A DNA stretch of 64,000 nt from Mobula hypostoma (lineage: Eukaryota): assembly GCF_963921235.1 (NCBI RefSeq), contig NC_086098.1, positions 100,812,001 through 100,876,000 on the forward strand. Reading direction: 5' to 3'. The notes below the pieces were generated by a model, which saw only the letters and a program-made list of their open reading frames with translations, made no database searches and was not told the DNA's origin. Shown piece after piece: positions 50,477 through 63,669 of the stretch. A program made the position numbers and the translations under genes. Numbering within the stretch: the first letter of the stretch is position 1; each line of letters opens with the position of its first letter.

Positions 50477-50717
50477 TGTAGTGTATTTAATATTTCAGTA
50501 ACATTATAATAATATTGTAAATATATTGTTTGATTAAGTATTCTTTGTTTGTTTACATAATTCATTACGGGTTATATGTAAGAAGTAAGTGAATGGTATA
50601 GGTTATTATGCCATCACATCACATGCGTACATCTTACTCAAAGAAAAAGAAACAGCACACACAGCCTAGATCCTATGTTTTTCTTTTGATTAGTTTCTGG
50701 AGTTACAAAACATAACA
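50477..50717 (+). mobile_element. Solo LTR of the Gypsy family at 30636
   Basis: TGTAGTGTATTT...TTACAAAACATAACA, colinear with both LTRs. Confidence 0.85.
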
Positions 50718-53064
50718 TAAGTGTTAGTAAATAAATAAGTGAATCTTCCAGTTGTTTGAACTACCCATGATTAATAAAGCAGTATAGTTATTCAGCAAAG
50801 TCATTGTCAGGTGCATTTTATCATATACTGCATTTAATTAGTAACAGTTCCTTCAGTGGTAGAGTGTCCTAAGCAACTGAATGGTATTTAGTACATTTAA
50901 ACAATATTTTATTATTTTCCATTAGCTTACCTACCCCAGGTCTGAAGTTCAATTCTTCCCTCCCCTTGTTCCCTCATGCCTCTCCCAGCAGTGTTGGAAT
51001 GATTTGTCTGGAGTTGAGCAGAGGAGCATAATAAAATGTGATATTGTAATTGTGAATATATCAGTACAGGAGGATATTAATTGATTTTAAATGACTTCCT
51101 GGGAGGCAATCTATAAACTGAATAACAAAGTGATGCATTGGGTAGTGGTACTACTAAATAGCTCCAGAAACCTGGATTCCTGATTTCCATCACAGTTTAT
51201 GTGCAGTTTTCATCTTCTCCTTATGACAGTGTGGGTTTCTATTACTCAGTTCCCTGCATATTTCAAATAGTCAAATAAGTGTTTGTAGCTTAGATGGTCA
51301 CTGTAACTTACCCCTAATGTAGCTGAGTGATGAAAGAATGAATTACCAAGGTGGGGAGATGGGTGGTGGTGTTGGGGAAAGTGTCTGATAGAATTGTTCT
51401 GAGAGCTATGGGTACACTGGCTATACAGCTTCTTTCTATGCAACAGAGAAATATGTAAAATAATAATATAAAGTTTTGAAGATGGAGGCAGGGAAAGGGC
51501 AAGTGGTTAAAATATGTGAAAGGCATATACCCTGTCATCTTGCTATCTTCCCAGTAAAGAGTGTAATCCTAACATGTACTTTGAATTGAATGTATAATGG
51601 CATTAATGAAACAACTTTTTGATCACGCCAAAACTATCAGGAGAGGGACTGAGGGTTAGGATAGGGTTGATAAGGTAAAATTTCATTTTATTTTCAAGCT
51701 CCCTCAAAAGCCAAGAGTAGAATAGTTAACTTCTATTCCCTTCTTTCATCCATCTTATGTCCGGACTCAGACTGATCTATAATGAAATTTACAATTGTAA
51801 AGTTTGGACAATAGGACAGGTCATGGAATTCCTGCTCCCATTTTTTCTGGTGTGCACTCATTGTATCCTCCTCCCCATAAAATCCAGTAACCTATATCAC
51901 TGCAGGAATATCAAGGTAGGAAAAAAGTAATGAACACCAAAATGTCGGTGATAAAAATCTGCGGAGTCCCAGCATGGATGAAATCTATTAAAAGGATGAA
52001 ATCTATTAAAAGGATAAAAAGCATTTGAAATTTCACTTGATATGTGAAGAATATCAGAATGAAAATGTAAGTGAACAATGGAGATTTAAAATTGTGTAAA
52101 ACAAATTAACATTTCCATTTCTTATTGCTTGTTTCTCTGGACTGTCAGACAGGTGTCGTCGTGAGTTTCTAGATTAACTATCAATACTTGTGGACAGGGA
52201 TAGACAGTGCAGTCTTCCAAGACAACTTTAATAACTGTCCCATACTCCCATTTCAGTTTTTAGAACATCACATCGACTTAAGGTTGAATGTTAATTGAAC
52301 ACGTTAATCAAATACATCAGTAGTCAATGAAATCAGCCTCAGAGCTATGCAATCCTGTGGGTTAATATTCAAATTGTGTTTGAAAAATGTTACTGGAATA
52401 GCAATGGAAGGTGTAATTAGAACATAGGTAAGGCAACTACTTAACTGTTTTGTAATAGTCGCTGATCTAATGAATATAATTTTCAATGTATTTTATATTT
52501 TGACAGTCTGTGCTAATTTGTGTTACAAATATTAAAATGAATAACCCAATATCCTCAAAGTTCCCTAAAACATAATTTTCACTAATAAGAAAGTGTTTCT
52601 GGCTTTTTTTAATTACGCTGAAATTATATCAGATTTCATAGAAAGGAAATTTGTCTATTCAAAGTATGTCACTGAACTTATCTTGGTCATTGATAGCCAG
52701 ATAAAAATTCATATAAATATTAACAGCAGCATCTTTTGGAAATCAGGTAACACAATTTTGCAGTCCTCAGTGAAGCAATGGTGGTCGCCACTGACCATAT
52801 AGAAATATCCTCACACATAGTTAGCAATGTCGATGGAGCGAGTTTCACTTTCACCAATATCCTTTTTTTGTCAAGGAAATTCCTGATGGCTAATGAAAGT
52901 GCTATCAGTCAATTGAATAAGCAGCCCATCACAAAGAGAGACTCTAACAGGCAACAAGCAGAAAAGTTCTCCCATCTTCTCACATAACAGCTCGGATTTT
53001 CAGATTCACCATGTGATTCTTGTTGAACTGTCACTTGGGTGACTTCATGATTAATGAGGGTCAT

Positions 53065-55950
53065 AAATTCAAGTGAACCTGAAGGGAACCAATATTCTCG
53101 CGGGCAGATTTGTTAGAGCTGTTGGGGAGGGTGTAAACTAACTTGGCAGGGGAGTGAGAACCGGAGTGAAGGGACTCAGGATAGGACGGATAGTAAAAAA
53201 GCAAAGATAGTGTATAGTCTGACTGTCAGGAAGGGCAGGCAGATGATAAAGCAGAACTGCAGCCAGCAGGGTGAGCGTTAGTGCATTAGGGATGCAGAAT
53301 CAAAACTGGCAGCAAATACAGTAATTAAAGTGTGATATCTCAATGTACAGTGTATAAGAAATAAGGTGGATGATCTTGTTGCTCTATTACAGGTTGTCAA
53401 GTATGATGTTGTGGCCATCACTGCATCATGGCTGAAGGATGATTGTAGTTGGGAGCTGAATGTCCAAGGTTACACGTTGTATCAAAGGATAGGAAGGCAG
53501 GCAGAGGGGGTGGTGTGCCTCTACTGGTAAAGAATGGCATCAAATCAGCAGAAAGATGTGACATAGGAATGGAAGATGATGAATCCTTGTGGGTTGAGTT
53601 AGAAACTGCAAGGGTAAAAGGAGCCTGATGGCAGTCATATACATACCTACTAACATTAGATAGAATGTGGAGCACAGATTACAACAGGAAATAGAAAAAA
53701 GCATGTTAAAAGTGCAATGTTATGAAAGGCTTGGGAGAGTCAACATGCAGGTCGATTGGGAAAATTAAGTTGGTAATGGATCTCAAGAGAGTGAGTTTGT
53801 TGAATATCTCCAAGATGCCTTTTTAAAGCAGTTCGTCGTGGAGGCCTGTACATAACTGCCATCAGGGTCCTTTTACCCTATTAGGGAACCAGCTACAAGA
53901 GAAAATTTGCAGATTCTGGAAATCAGAACAACACACACAAAATGCTGGAGGAACTCAGCAGGCCAGGTGGCATCTATGGAAAAGAGTACAGTCAATGTTT
54001 TGGGCCGAAACCCTTTTTCAGGACTGGATTAGGTGTTATGTAATGAACCAGATGTGATTAGGGAGCTTAAGGTAAAGGAAACCTTAGGAGGCAGTGATCA
54101 CAGTATAATAGAGTTCAATATGAAAATTGGTAGGGAGAAAGTAAAGCCCAGTGTACCAGTAGTTCAGTGGAGTAAAGGAAATTACAGTGGTATGAGAGAG
54201 TTGGCCAAAGTAAATTAGAAGACGATGCTGGAAGGGATGAGAGCAGAGCAGCAATGGCATGAGTTTCTGGGAAAAAAATGAGGAAGGTGCCGGATAGATA
54301 TATTCCACAGACAAAGAAGTACTCAAATGGCAAAATAGTACAGCTGTGGCAGACCAGGGAAGTCAAAGCTAATGTAAAAGCAAAAGGTAGGGCATACAAC
54401 AAAGCCAAAATTAGTGGGAAGACAGAGAATTGGGAAGCTTTTAAAACCCTACAGAGAGCAACCAAAAGAATTGTTCGGAGGGTGTGAGTGCAGTTACTAT
54501 TACAAGGGAGTAGGTGCTCAAAAAGCTGAAAGACCTATGGGTACATAAGTCACTCAATCTAGCTAAACTGCACCCTAGGATTCTGAAGTGGCAGTAGAGA
54601 TTGTGGAGGCAATAGTAATGATCTTTCAGAAATCATTGGACTCTGGCATGGTGCCAGAGGACTGGAAAATTACAAATGTCACTCCACTCTTTAAGAAGGG
54701 AGGAGGGTAGAAAATAGAAAGTTGTAGACCAGTTAGCCTGACCTCAGTGGTTGAGAAGATGTTGGGGTAAATTATTAAGGATGAGATTATGGAGTACTTA
54801 GTGACACAGGACAAGATAGGACAAAGTCAACATGGTTTCCTTAAGAGAAAATCTTGCCTGACAAATCTGTTGGAATTCTTTGAGGAGATTAAAAATTGGA
54901 TAGATAAAGAGGATGCAGTGGATGTTGTATATGTAGACTTTCAGAAGGCCTTTGACAATATGCCACACATAAGGCTGCTTACCAAGTTAAGCGCCCATGG
55001 TATTACAGAAAAGTTACTGGCACGGTTAACGCATTGGCTGATTGATAGGAGGCAGCAAGTGGAAATAAAAGGATCCTTTTTTGGTTGGCTGCCAGTGACT
55101 AGTGGTGTTCTGTTAGGACAAGAGAATGGCAAATGATGTACGATGTTGGCAAATGGCAAATATATGGTCATGCACAATGGTAGCAGAAATAAATGTGCAG
55201 AATATTTTCTAAATGGGAAGAAAATTCAAAAATTTTGGATGCAAAGGGACTTGGGGGTCCCTGTGCAAAGCACCCTAAGGGTTACCTTGCAGGTAGAATT
55301 GGTGGTGAGGAAGGCAAATGCAGTTGAAGAGCACTAGAATTCAAGAGCAGGGATGTGATTCTGAAGCTTTATAATGCTCGGTGAGGCCTAACCTTGAGTA
55401 TTGTGAACAGTTTTGGGCTCCTCATTTAAGAAATGATGTGCTGGCATTGGAGAGGGTTCAGAGGAAGTTCACAAGGATGATTCCAGGAATGAAAGGGTTA
55501 TCAGTGGAGGAAAGTTTGATGACTCTGGGTCTGTACTCGCTGGAATTTAGAAGGATGAGGGGGGATCTCATTGAAATCTTTCAAATGTTTAAAGGCCTAG
55601 ATAGAGTAGATGTGGAAAGGATGTTTCCCATGGTGGGGGAGTCTAGGATAGGAAGGCACAGCCTCAGGATAGAGGGGCGACAATTTAAAACAGAGATGCA
55701 GAGAAATTTCTTTAGCCAGAGGGTGGTGGATTTGTGGAATTTATTGCCACATGCAGCTGTGGAGGCCAGTTCGTTAGGTGTATTTAAGGTAGAGCTTGAT
55801 AGGTCCTTGATTGGACATGGCATCAATGGTTATGGGGAGAAGGCCAGAGAGTGGGGCTGAGGAGGGGAAAATCAGCCATGATTCCATGGCAGAGCACACT
55901 CAATGGACCAAATAGCCTGATACTGCTCCCATATCATTTGGTCTTATGGT
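53065..55950 (+). mobile_element. Long CR1 LINE (ORF1 end, APE endonuclease, RT, 3' UTR) with internal deletions
   Basis: GTNILAGRFVRAVGEG (ORF1 esterase end); YLNVQCIRNKVDDL..YDVVAITASWL; LGGSDH; QHGFLKRKSCLTNLLEFF; ORF 55381-55860. Confidence 0.92.
53895..54025 (-). mobile_element. PLE terminus fragment inserted in CR1, ending at the hammerhead motif
   Basis: Same 'acacacacaaaatgctggaggaactcagcagg...gggccgaaaccctttttcagg' sequence as the other PLE termini. Confidence 0.85.
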
Positions 55951-56389
55951 CAAAATTACAAGGCATATGCTTGCTACAGAATTGTAAAATTTGACCTTGA
56001 TTTCTTCTGATTTGTATGATAAAGATTTGGCTGTATTGTCTGCCTTTTGTGTATATTAGTGCTCTGAAATGATGCACAGATCTATCTTAAACTTATGCAA
56101 TAGGTATATCAGAACACTAAGATCTCTGCTACTAATCCTTAATCTAATCTTCAATTAGTGTTTAATTAAAATAGGTTCAGTGCCATTCCTAAATGAGAAA
56201 TAAAAATTATATTTTCCATTATTTAACTTTGTATTTAATATTGACCATAGTGAATATTGTTCTGACTGTTCTGCTTATATCCTCATTTCAGAGCTCAAAG
56301 TAAATTTATTATCAAAATACACACACGTCACCATAGTGCATCCATGCATACCTTCATTTCTTCTCATAGACTCTCCACCTCAATAGTTA

Positions 56390-57560
56390 ACATGGTCCTT
56401 CAGCTGTCTCCAGTGCACTGACCACATCTTTGCTTACATTCCTTCTATCTATCTTCACCCTACCAAACTTTGCATCCAATAAGTCATTGTCAATCATTTT
56501 AGATATCTCCAATATAATGTCAATACCAGACACATTTTCCATTCTCTCTCTTCAGCTTTCTGAATGGACCAGATTCTCAATCAGTACCTGCCCTCCATCC
56601 CAAAGCATTTCCCGTGCAATCTAAAGGAATGTAACACTTGCTCTTTCATTTCTTCTCTTCCTACATAAATGCTGGGAAGTTCAGCAGGTCAAGCAGCATC
56701 TATGGAGAGGAATAAAGCTGACATTTCAAGCCAAGACCTTTCACCTGGACCTTCATCATCTTGCATCTATTGCCTCAGACATTCAGTCTGTAAAACTGTC
56801 TCTGTACCTCCAGCCCATCAATTTGATTATCCACCTCACTTCCATGATGACCCCTCTGCAGTTCACAGGTCTACTGAAGATAAAGACATTTGTCATTATC
56901 TTCCAACTACGCACATCACAGCCTCCCCTACTCATGTTCTGTTCAGATCACCAGTGTTTCCTTTGTCTTTAATTCAATACTTACCATCTATTCTACAGTC
57001 CATTTTCAAAGCCAAAGTCAAGTTTACTGTTACACAAACAGAAACATGTATGTACAGGTGCAATGAAAAACTTATTTGTAGCACCGAACAGTCACAAAAC
57101 ATCATATAAGCATCATTCACAAGAAAAACAGGAATTAAATATAAATTAAACACAATTTTTACAAGAAAGAACACAATTAGAACAACACAAAGAAAATCCC
57201 TTTGAGTGCAAAGTGGTCACAGTGTTGCTAAATAGTGTTGTTTCCAGTTGGTTCAAGAATTGAATGGTTAAACAGACATAGCCGTTCTTAAACCTGCTAG
57301 TGTGGAGTTTCAGGCTTCTGTACTTCGTGCCTGATGATAACTGCAGAACAATGGCATGCCTCAGATGAGGAATATCTTTCCTGATAGATGCTGGTTTCTT
57401 GAGGCTGGGCCTTATATAGATACTATCCATAGTGGAGAGGGGTATGCCTCTTAGTTTTGATAAAATCTTAATCCAAGATGTTAAATTTATTTCCATCTCC
57501 ACAGAAGCTGTTTGGTCTGCTGAGTAGTCTAGCATTTCCTGTTTTTATTGCAGATTTTTC
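56390..57560. mobile_element. Old PLE remnants (~56390-56750, ~57455-57560) with a nested minus-strand Rex1/Babar 3' fragment (~57000-57445)
   Basis: Decayed PLE termini at 56665-56750 and 57455-57555. Minus ORF KKPASIRKDIPHLRHAI..LSSGTKYRSLKLHTSRFKN. Confidence 0.55.
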
Positions 57561-57971
57561 TTTTTTCTTTCATTTAACACCTCAACTGTTTCCTTGGAAC
57601 TAATTCTTCCTGTAAGTTTGATTTTATCAGTTAATATATATTAGTTTGTTCTGAGATACTGAATGCAAGAAAATTAGAAGCAATAATGCTTCAGAATTAA
57701 TCAGAATCATGACACCTTTTATTATCACTATGTAACCAATTTATTACTGATTTCTTGAGTTATTATGTCTGAAATACTCATCAATTTGACTTTAATGATC
57801 ATTCACAAAGTACTTCATCAAATACATTTCAATATTCAGTTTGGCCATCTTGCTGTTTTCTGATAATTTCTTTAGGATATCAGTCCTTCAGAAGATCCAA
57901 TAATACTGGTTAGCTGAATATCTTCCTTTGTAATCTGTTACTGAATTGTATGTTTTTGCTTGACAATGCAG

Positions 57972-58061
57972 GTCTTCTGATGTCCTCTGCTCGAGATCAT
58001 GAGCAACTGGCACATGCCCAGCTAAATCTTAAATGCAGTACTCTTGAGGAAAAAGGCAGAA
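57972..58061 (+). CDS. Candidate internal exon, 90 bp, phase 1-1 (xLLMSSARDHEQLAHAQLNLKCSTLEEKGR); gene unidentified
   Basis: Acceptor 'tgtttttgcttgacaatgcag', donor GTAAGT at 58062, length divisible by 3, one open frame, non-repeat context. Confidence 0.45.
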
Positions 58062-58717
58062 GTAAGTAGATCACTGAATGATGGGCAATTCAGCATCAAT
58101 TCTAGACTCTGAGAACGTATTTTTTTCTCTAAAAAAACAGACAAATATCCTGAAAGAAATTGAGTTTGAGATCTTTAAGCCTGGAAATTCTTCCTCACTT
58201 TTTGTTGCACTAAACTCTCAGTCAATTCAAGTTTAATTGTCATTGAACTATACATGAATACCTAAGAAGAGAGCCAAACAAAACAGTGTTCCTCCGGGGA
58301 CCAAGATGCAAATCACAGTACCAGTTGTCATACACAGCACAAAGTACATATAGCACATGTAATTATAATAGCAATTATTATTGTTATTATTCTGACTGTG
58401 TGTTTACCACGATAGCAGTAAACACAGAGGAACAAAAAATAATAATACAGCCCAAGACCCTGAGTGTCATGTCCTGTAGATTGGTTGTCAGCAAGATCAA
58501 GCCCACAGCAGTCTGATTATAACATGCTCGTGCAGCCACAGACAAATGCAATCCAGCTTGTCTTCCACCAAAGGATCACTGGAGGGCAGCGCCAATGGGA
58601 GGGGCTAGCCCGCAACCCAGCATTGACGTCCACCATGCCACACTGCCTCCGACATCTCCTCCCCTGGATGACTGCTACAGCTTGCTGCACCCGAGGCGGC
58701 CCTGCGGCTAAGGCTTA

Positions 58718-59325
58718 AGGCCAATTTATACTTCTGCCGAAATTTATTCCCTACGCTGTACCCTACGCTGTAGCCTGATGCACACCTCCCCAAAAATGTA
58801 ACTACACGTCGCGGCGACGCAGACCGCAACAACTGTGATTGATGCGCTTGGTAGTATCGCATTTCCGGTTGCTTCTGAACGATTAATCAAATCATCAAAT
58901 CTACCTGCCGACAACCGAAAATATTTGAAATGCATTTCCTCGTCCATGCCTCTCAGTGGCTGGACAAGCACAGAAAATTCACCCTCCTTCTGCCTCAATC
59001 CGTTCAATGGTCGCACACACCATCTCCTCAGATGTCTCCTCTCTTTTCTGTGTTGCAGTAAATTCAATAAAAGTAACTCTTGTTCAACATTTATTAGCTC
59101 AACTCCAACATGATGTGCTCAGTTTTGTCGCCATTATTTAAAGTACACAGAGACTCAACACAGTGGCATAGAAACCCCAACGCCAACTAGCGTTTTGGCG
59201 GTGAATTGCAGAGCAACGCAGACACACCAACGCACAAGTATAAACGTTCACAACGGCGTAGGCCACTTACGTAGGCTACAGCATAGGGTAGGGCGTAGAG
59301 CCTACGCAGAAGTATAAATCAGCCT
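58718..59325 (-). mobile_element. PIF/Harbinger non-autonomous deletion derivative
   Basis: TIRs AGGCCAATTTATACTTCTGC / GCAGAAGTATAAATCAGCCT; TTA TSD at 58715-58717 and 59326-59328. Minus frame RRWCVRPLN..R..EGEF..LV..LR.MDEEMHFKYFRLSAGRFDDL (Harbinger transposase N-terminus). Confidence 0.92.
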
Positions 59326-60904
59326 TTAATCCTCACCATAAACAAGGCAACACAGCTCCCCTGCTGTTGGTCTCACCAATGAATGAGCAAACTGGACTTT
59401 CAGTATTCTCTATTACCAATGTCCAACAAGGTGTTGCAATGATGAGAAAAAAAGTCCAAGACAATCACCTGCACCATTTGTTGAACTGCATGCCATTTCC
59501 ACTTGCTTTATGTAGTAGACGAATCTAAAGAAGAGCCCTTGAAAATATTTGATTTATTAGCTAAAATCACATTCTAAACATTGGCAAAATGATTTGTATA
59601 AAGAATCATATTAAAATGGGGATCTGTGGGAATGGGGATTAAAATGGAAATCTATTGGGAATTTCATGATAGTCTCTTATCTAGCAGATCATTATTGACC
59701 CTGAGAAAGACATCTGATAAAGAATTTTCACCATCCAAAATGAGTATTCAGTGTAGATTCTGGGTTGCATGCCAACATCCAAGTTATGCCAGCAATCAAG
59801 CAAATGTAGTGTGTGACTTTTAATGTCATTCAATGTGTGACTGATGCCTTGAAAATGTCCTCCATCTGAAGGTGAATTGAGCAGAAAAATGTCAAACCAA
59901 TGAGTATGTTTTCACTTAGAAGTAACCCTTAGTTCAGTCTGACCCAGCTAAATCTATTTATTTGCATGATTTGCATAGAGGCATTAAAAAATCCAATTCC
60001 TAGACACCTCTTCCTTTACTAGAATGTCTACATCCCACTAATGACCCTAAAATAGAGTTAGAATGATTTTGTAAATTTTGAAAGAGTAGATTCACAAAAA
60101 TTGTTTTTATTGAAAACAAAAAGGCCAAAATGAATGCAATGTTCTAAGAGACTCTGGGAATGTTCCCTTCTAAACAAGGCAGTGGTCCAGGATGTGAGTG
60201 CCAATGACGCATCAGAAGCATTTGTAAAAGCTTTCACTCTAAAGTGGATGACTCATCTGAAGCTCCTCCAGAAGCCCTCACTGAAACCATTCTTCGGTTA
60301 TTTCAATTTATTCCATGTAATACCAAGAAGGGGCTGGATGCAGCAATGGCTGCAGCTGCATTGTTGAAGATATGTTCTAGAACAAGCCATACCTAGTCCT
60401 TATACTGTTGAGTTAACATATACCCAGCAATGAGAAGATTTCCCAGGCATGTGCTGACCACAAAATGAAAGGCGATCACATCTGCCCAACAACCAGAATA
60501 CTGCAGTCGCACACATAGCAGAGTCATTACCTAACAATCGTGCTCTGCTGTTTGCATGTTCTCCCTATGAGCACATGGCTTTCCTCAAGGTGCTTCAGTT
60601 CCTGTCAAATCCGAAAGATGGCTGCTTTATTGTCCACTAAATGGTAAATCGTAGAATCCAGGGGATTTGATGAGAATGTGGGATTACGTAAGAATTAGCA
60701 TATGTGGATGGTTGATCGTTGTCTTGGATTTGGTGTTATAAAGGGCCTATTTGCATGCTGTAACTCTCAATGACTATCATTTCAGTCATCAGCAAAGTGA
60801 TCAAAGGCATCCTAAATCACTCACCAATCACCAATTCTACCTATCGATTCTTATTTTCATTTTTTCCAGGATTACTCATGTCCAAATGACATCATGACCT
60901 AGCT

Positions 60905-61225
60905 GAAGACCCGATGTCTGTGTGCCCGAGCGTGAATCCACGACTGCACATTGGGGTTAGAGGATGGAGTATGAGCATGGGTGGGATGGAAGAATGGGGT
61001 TTGTTTTGTTGTTGCTATTTTGTTGTTCCTTTTGTTCTGTTTTATTGTGTTCTGTGTTATGTTCTGTGCCGTTCTGCCAAGAATATTGAGTATGCTGGAA
61101 TGTGTGGTGACATTTACATGCTCGCCCTGCACACCCTCAGGTATGTTGGTTGTAAATGCAAATGAGACATTTTACTGTATGTTTTGATGTACACATGATA
61201 AATAAACTTGAATCTTAAATCTTGA
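60905..61225 (+). repeat. Short interspersed repeat with AATAAA and (cttgaat)n tail
   Basis: Related to 36530-36745; LINE-type tandem tail. Confidence 0.6.
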
Positions 61226-62312
61226 ACCTTTCTCCAACCGACAGCATTGTGGGAATGCCCTTAACAAATGTGTTGTAGCTGTTACAGAAAACAGATCTTA
61301 CTCGGTATCTCAAGGTAACTAAGGATGGTCAACATAATCTAGCCTTGTTCACAACTAATAAGAAGGGAAAGAAACACAAGTGGCTGCAATGTTATTGTAT
61401 TTTAAAAAGAATATGCAGACAGCAAATATGCGTGACTTTAGGAAGGCTTTTAATAATAATAAAGATTAATGGAGTGACATAAAACATCATCTGAAATAGC
61501 AACACGAATTTCAGAGAAGTATCTTTTCTAAAATCATCTTAATGTTTTCTTTTATTTCCATCTTGCCTTCATGGCATTATAGAACAAGACAGGCAACTTG
61601 AAGATTAATTGATATTAAATCACGAGCAGTTTTATGATGTGCAGCATGAATCTTCCAATGAAATTTTGCAAACTCGTTTGGCTGAGGACCCCTGAAGTAA
61701 TTGCAGATAAGTCATGTGTTTTGTTAAACTGGGATACAGTAGTTTGCAATTCAGATGAAAGAGGTAAAATCAATCAGCGTATCCTGTGGCCCAGTTTCTA
61801 AAATCCATATAATTTTTCAATCTGAGACTTTTAGGTTATTTCATGAGTATATTTAACCACTCTATTATCCACAGCCGAAAGAAGGTAACTTCCCTTGGAA
61901 ATAAAGGAACAAAGACACAACAATTCAATGGAGCCTACTTAAATTTCAACAGCATCAAGAATTGCTTTCATTCCAACTAACTTAATGCAATTGAAATCTA
62001 CACTCTAAGGGGAAATAATAGTTCTTGCAACCCGTCCAACTTTCAAGTATAAAGTTGTTTAAAAAAAACACAAATATTATGGGAAGAAAACAAACTCATA
62101 TTTTGATTTTTTTTAAATTCTTGTTCAGTAATTTAAGTGAGCTATTGAACTATTACCCATCAACTATTGTAACTAGCATTCTTCTCCTGTAGAATACTTC
62201 AAAATGCCAATCCAGAGCAGCATATTAACGAGGAAATATGGTACAATGCTATAAATTAGATTCAATCAGCCTTTAAGTTTTCTGGATACAAAAATTAGTT
62301 AGTGTAACTTAA

Positions 62313-62618
62313 GGCATCCATTAGTCTTTCGAGACCATGGATCTGTACCTGTAAAGTCTTCACTCTCCAGGGCGCAGGCCTGGGCAAGGTTGTATGGAAG
62401 ACCGGCAGATGCCCATGCTACAAGTATCCCCTCTCCACGACACTGATGTTGTCCAAGGGAAGGGCAAGGGCCAATACAGCTTAGCACCAGTGTCATTGCA
62501 GAGCTCTGTTTGGTTAAGTGCCTTGCTCAAGGACACAACACGCTGCCTTGGCTGGGACTCGAACTCACGACCTTCAGATCACTAGTCAAATGCCTTAACC
62601 ACTTGGCCACGTGCCCAC
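62313..62618 (-). mobile_element. Full-length tRNA-derived SINE with RTE-like 3' tail
   Basis: A box TGGCCAAGTGG and B box GAGTTCGAGTCC on the minus strand. 12-bp TSD AGTGTAACTTAA at 62301-62312 and 62619-62630. Confidence 0.88.
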
Positions 62619-63234
62619 AGTGTAACTTAATGCTTTAAAATTTGGTGTTTTTATTCGATATCAATATGGCTGATATATATTTTTCTAAATGTAGCATTAC
62701 TTGATTGTTTGAATTATCCAAAAGACTCCAAGGAACCAAATATAGCTATCAAGTGACAAGGATTAAGAAACTTGGACAGTTTGGCAGAGTAAAAGCAAAC
62801 AGTTCATCTAAGCTACATGCATCTCATTTTTTGTTGCATTTAGTGGCTATTTTGTTGTAGAAAAATTAATCATTGCAGGCAAGGAATTGTAGAAAATAAT
62901 TAGAAATCTGCAGCATGGAAAGAAGCCATGCAACTGATTGTATCCATGTCTATGAACGTGAGATTTGGGTCACTGCTATTTCTTTAACTTTGCCCCGCAG
63001 GTTTCAGCTCTTCAAGTACTCGTCCACTTGACGGTGTAGCTTTTGCCACAATCATCCTTTCATGAGCGCAATGCAAAACTTCACCAATCATTGACTGGAA
63101 TATTACTTTCCAACTTCCTTCCAATCATTTCATCAGTTAACTTAATTCTGTGTCTTTAATTACCATTTGTTTGAATGAGGGGAATAGATGCTTTCCTATT
63201 TACTCTGTTTGGGTCCCATAATTTCATGTATCTC

Positions 63235-63440
63235 TACTGGGCAGCGCAGTGGGCAGCTAGTATAGCTGCAGCCTCACAGTTCCAGAGACCTCGGTTCAAT
63301 CTTGATCTCCAATGCTACCTGTGTAAATTTGCATGCTCTCTTTTTGATCACATGGGTATCATTCAAGACCTCTGGCATCCCCTCACATCTGAAACTTGTC
63401 TGAACTGATAAGTTATTTGGCTACTGTAACTTGTTCTAAG
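63235..63440 (+). mobile_element. Degenerate V-SINE/HE1-like SINE
   Basis: 'gggcagcgcagtgg...gcctcacagttccagagacctcggttcaatc' head. Confidence 0.65.
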
Positions 63441-63669
63441 GTATAACCTAGGTTAATTAAACCCAATGATGTAATGTTAGAAAGCTCCACTTGTGGAGGG
63501 ATGAAAACGAGATTTACCAAATTAAAAAAAGAACTTGAGAAAAAAAGCTATGCAAGAATGAGGTGCGGCTGATGTAGCGCGGGAAAGCGAGAGAAACGCA
63601 ACAAACTATTAGATAAAGATATAAACTGTTAATAGTGGAATTAGTAGTAAGTGTCTCTACCCTACTTAC

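Noticed and set aside
51975-52016. 18-bp tandem duplication GGATGAAATCTATTAAAA (similar case near 50177-50216)
   Set aside because: Ordinary local slippage duplication.
62540-62616. tRNA gene (also ~46215-46287)
   Set aside because: A/B boxes continue into SINE bodies, with a TSD around the 62313-62618 copy; these are SINE heads.
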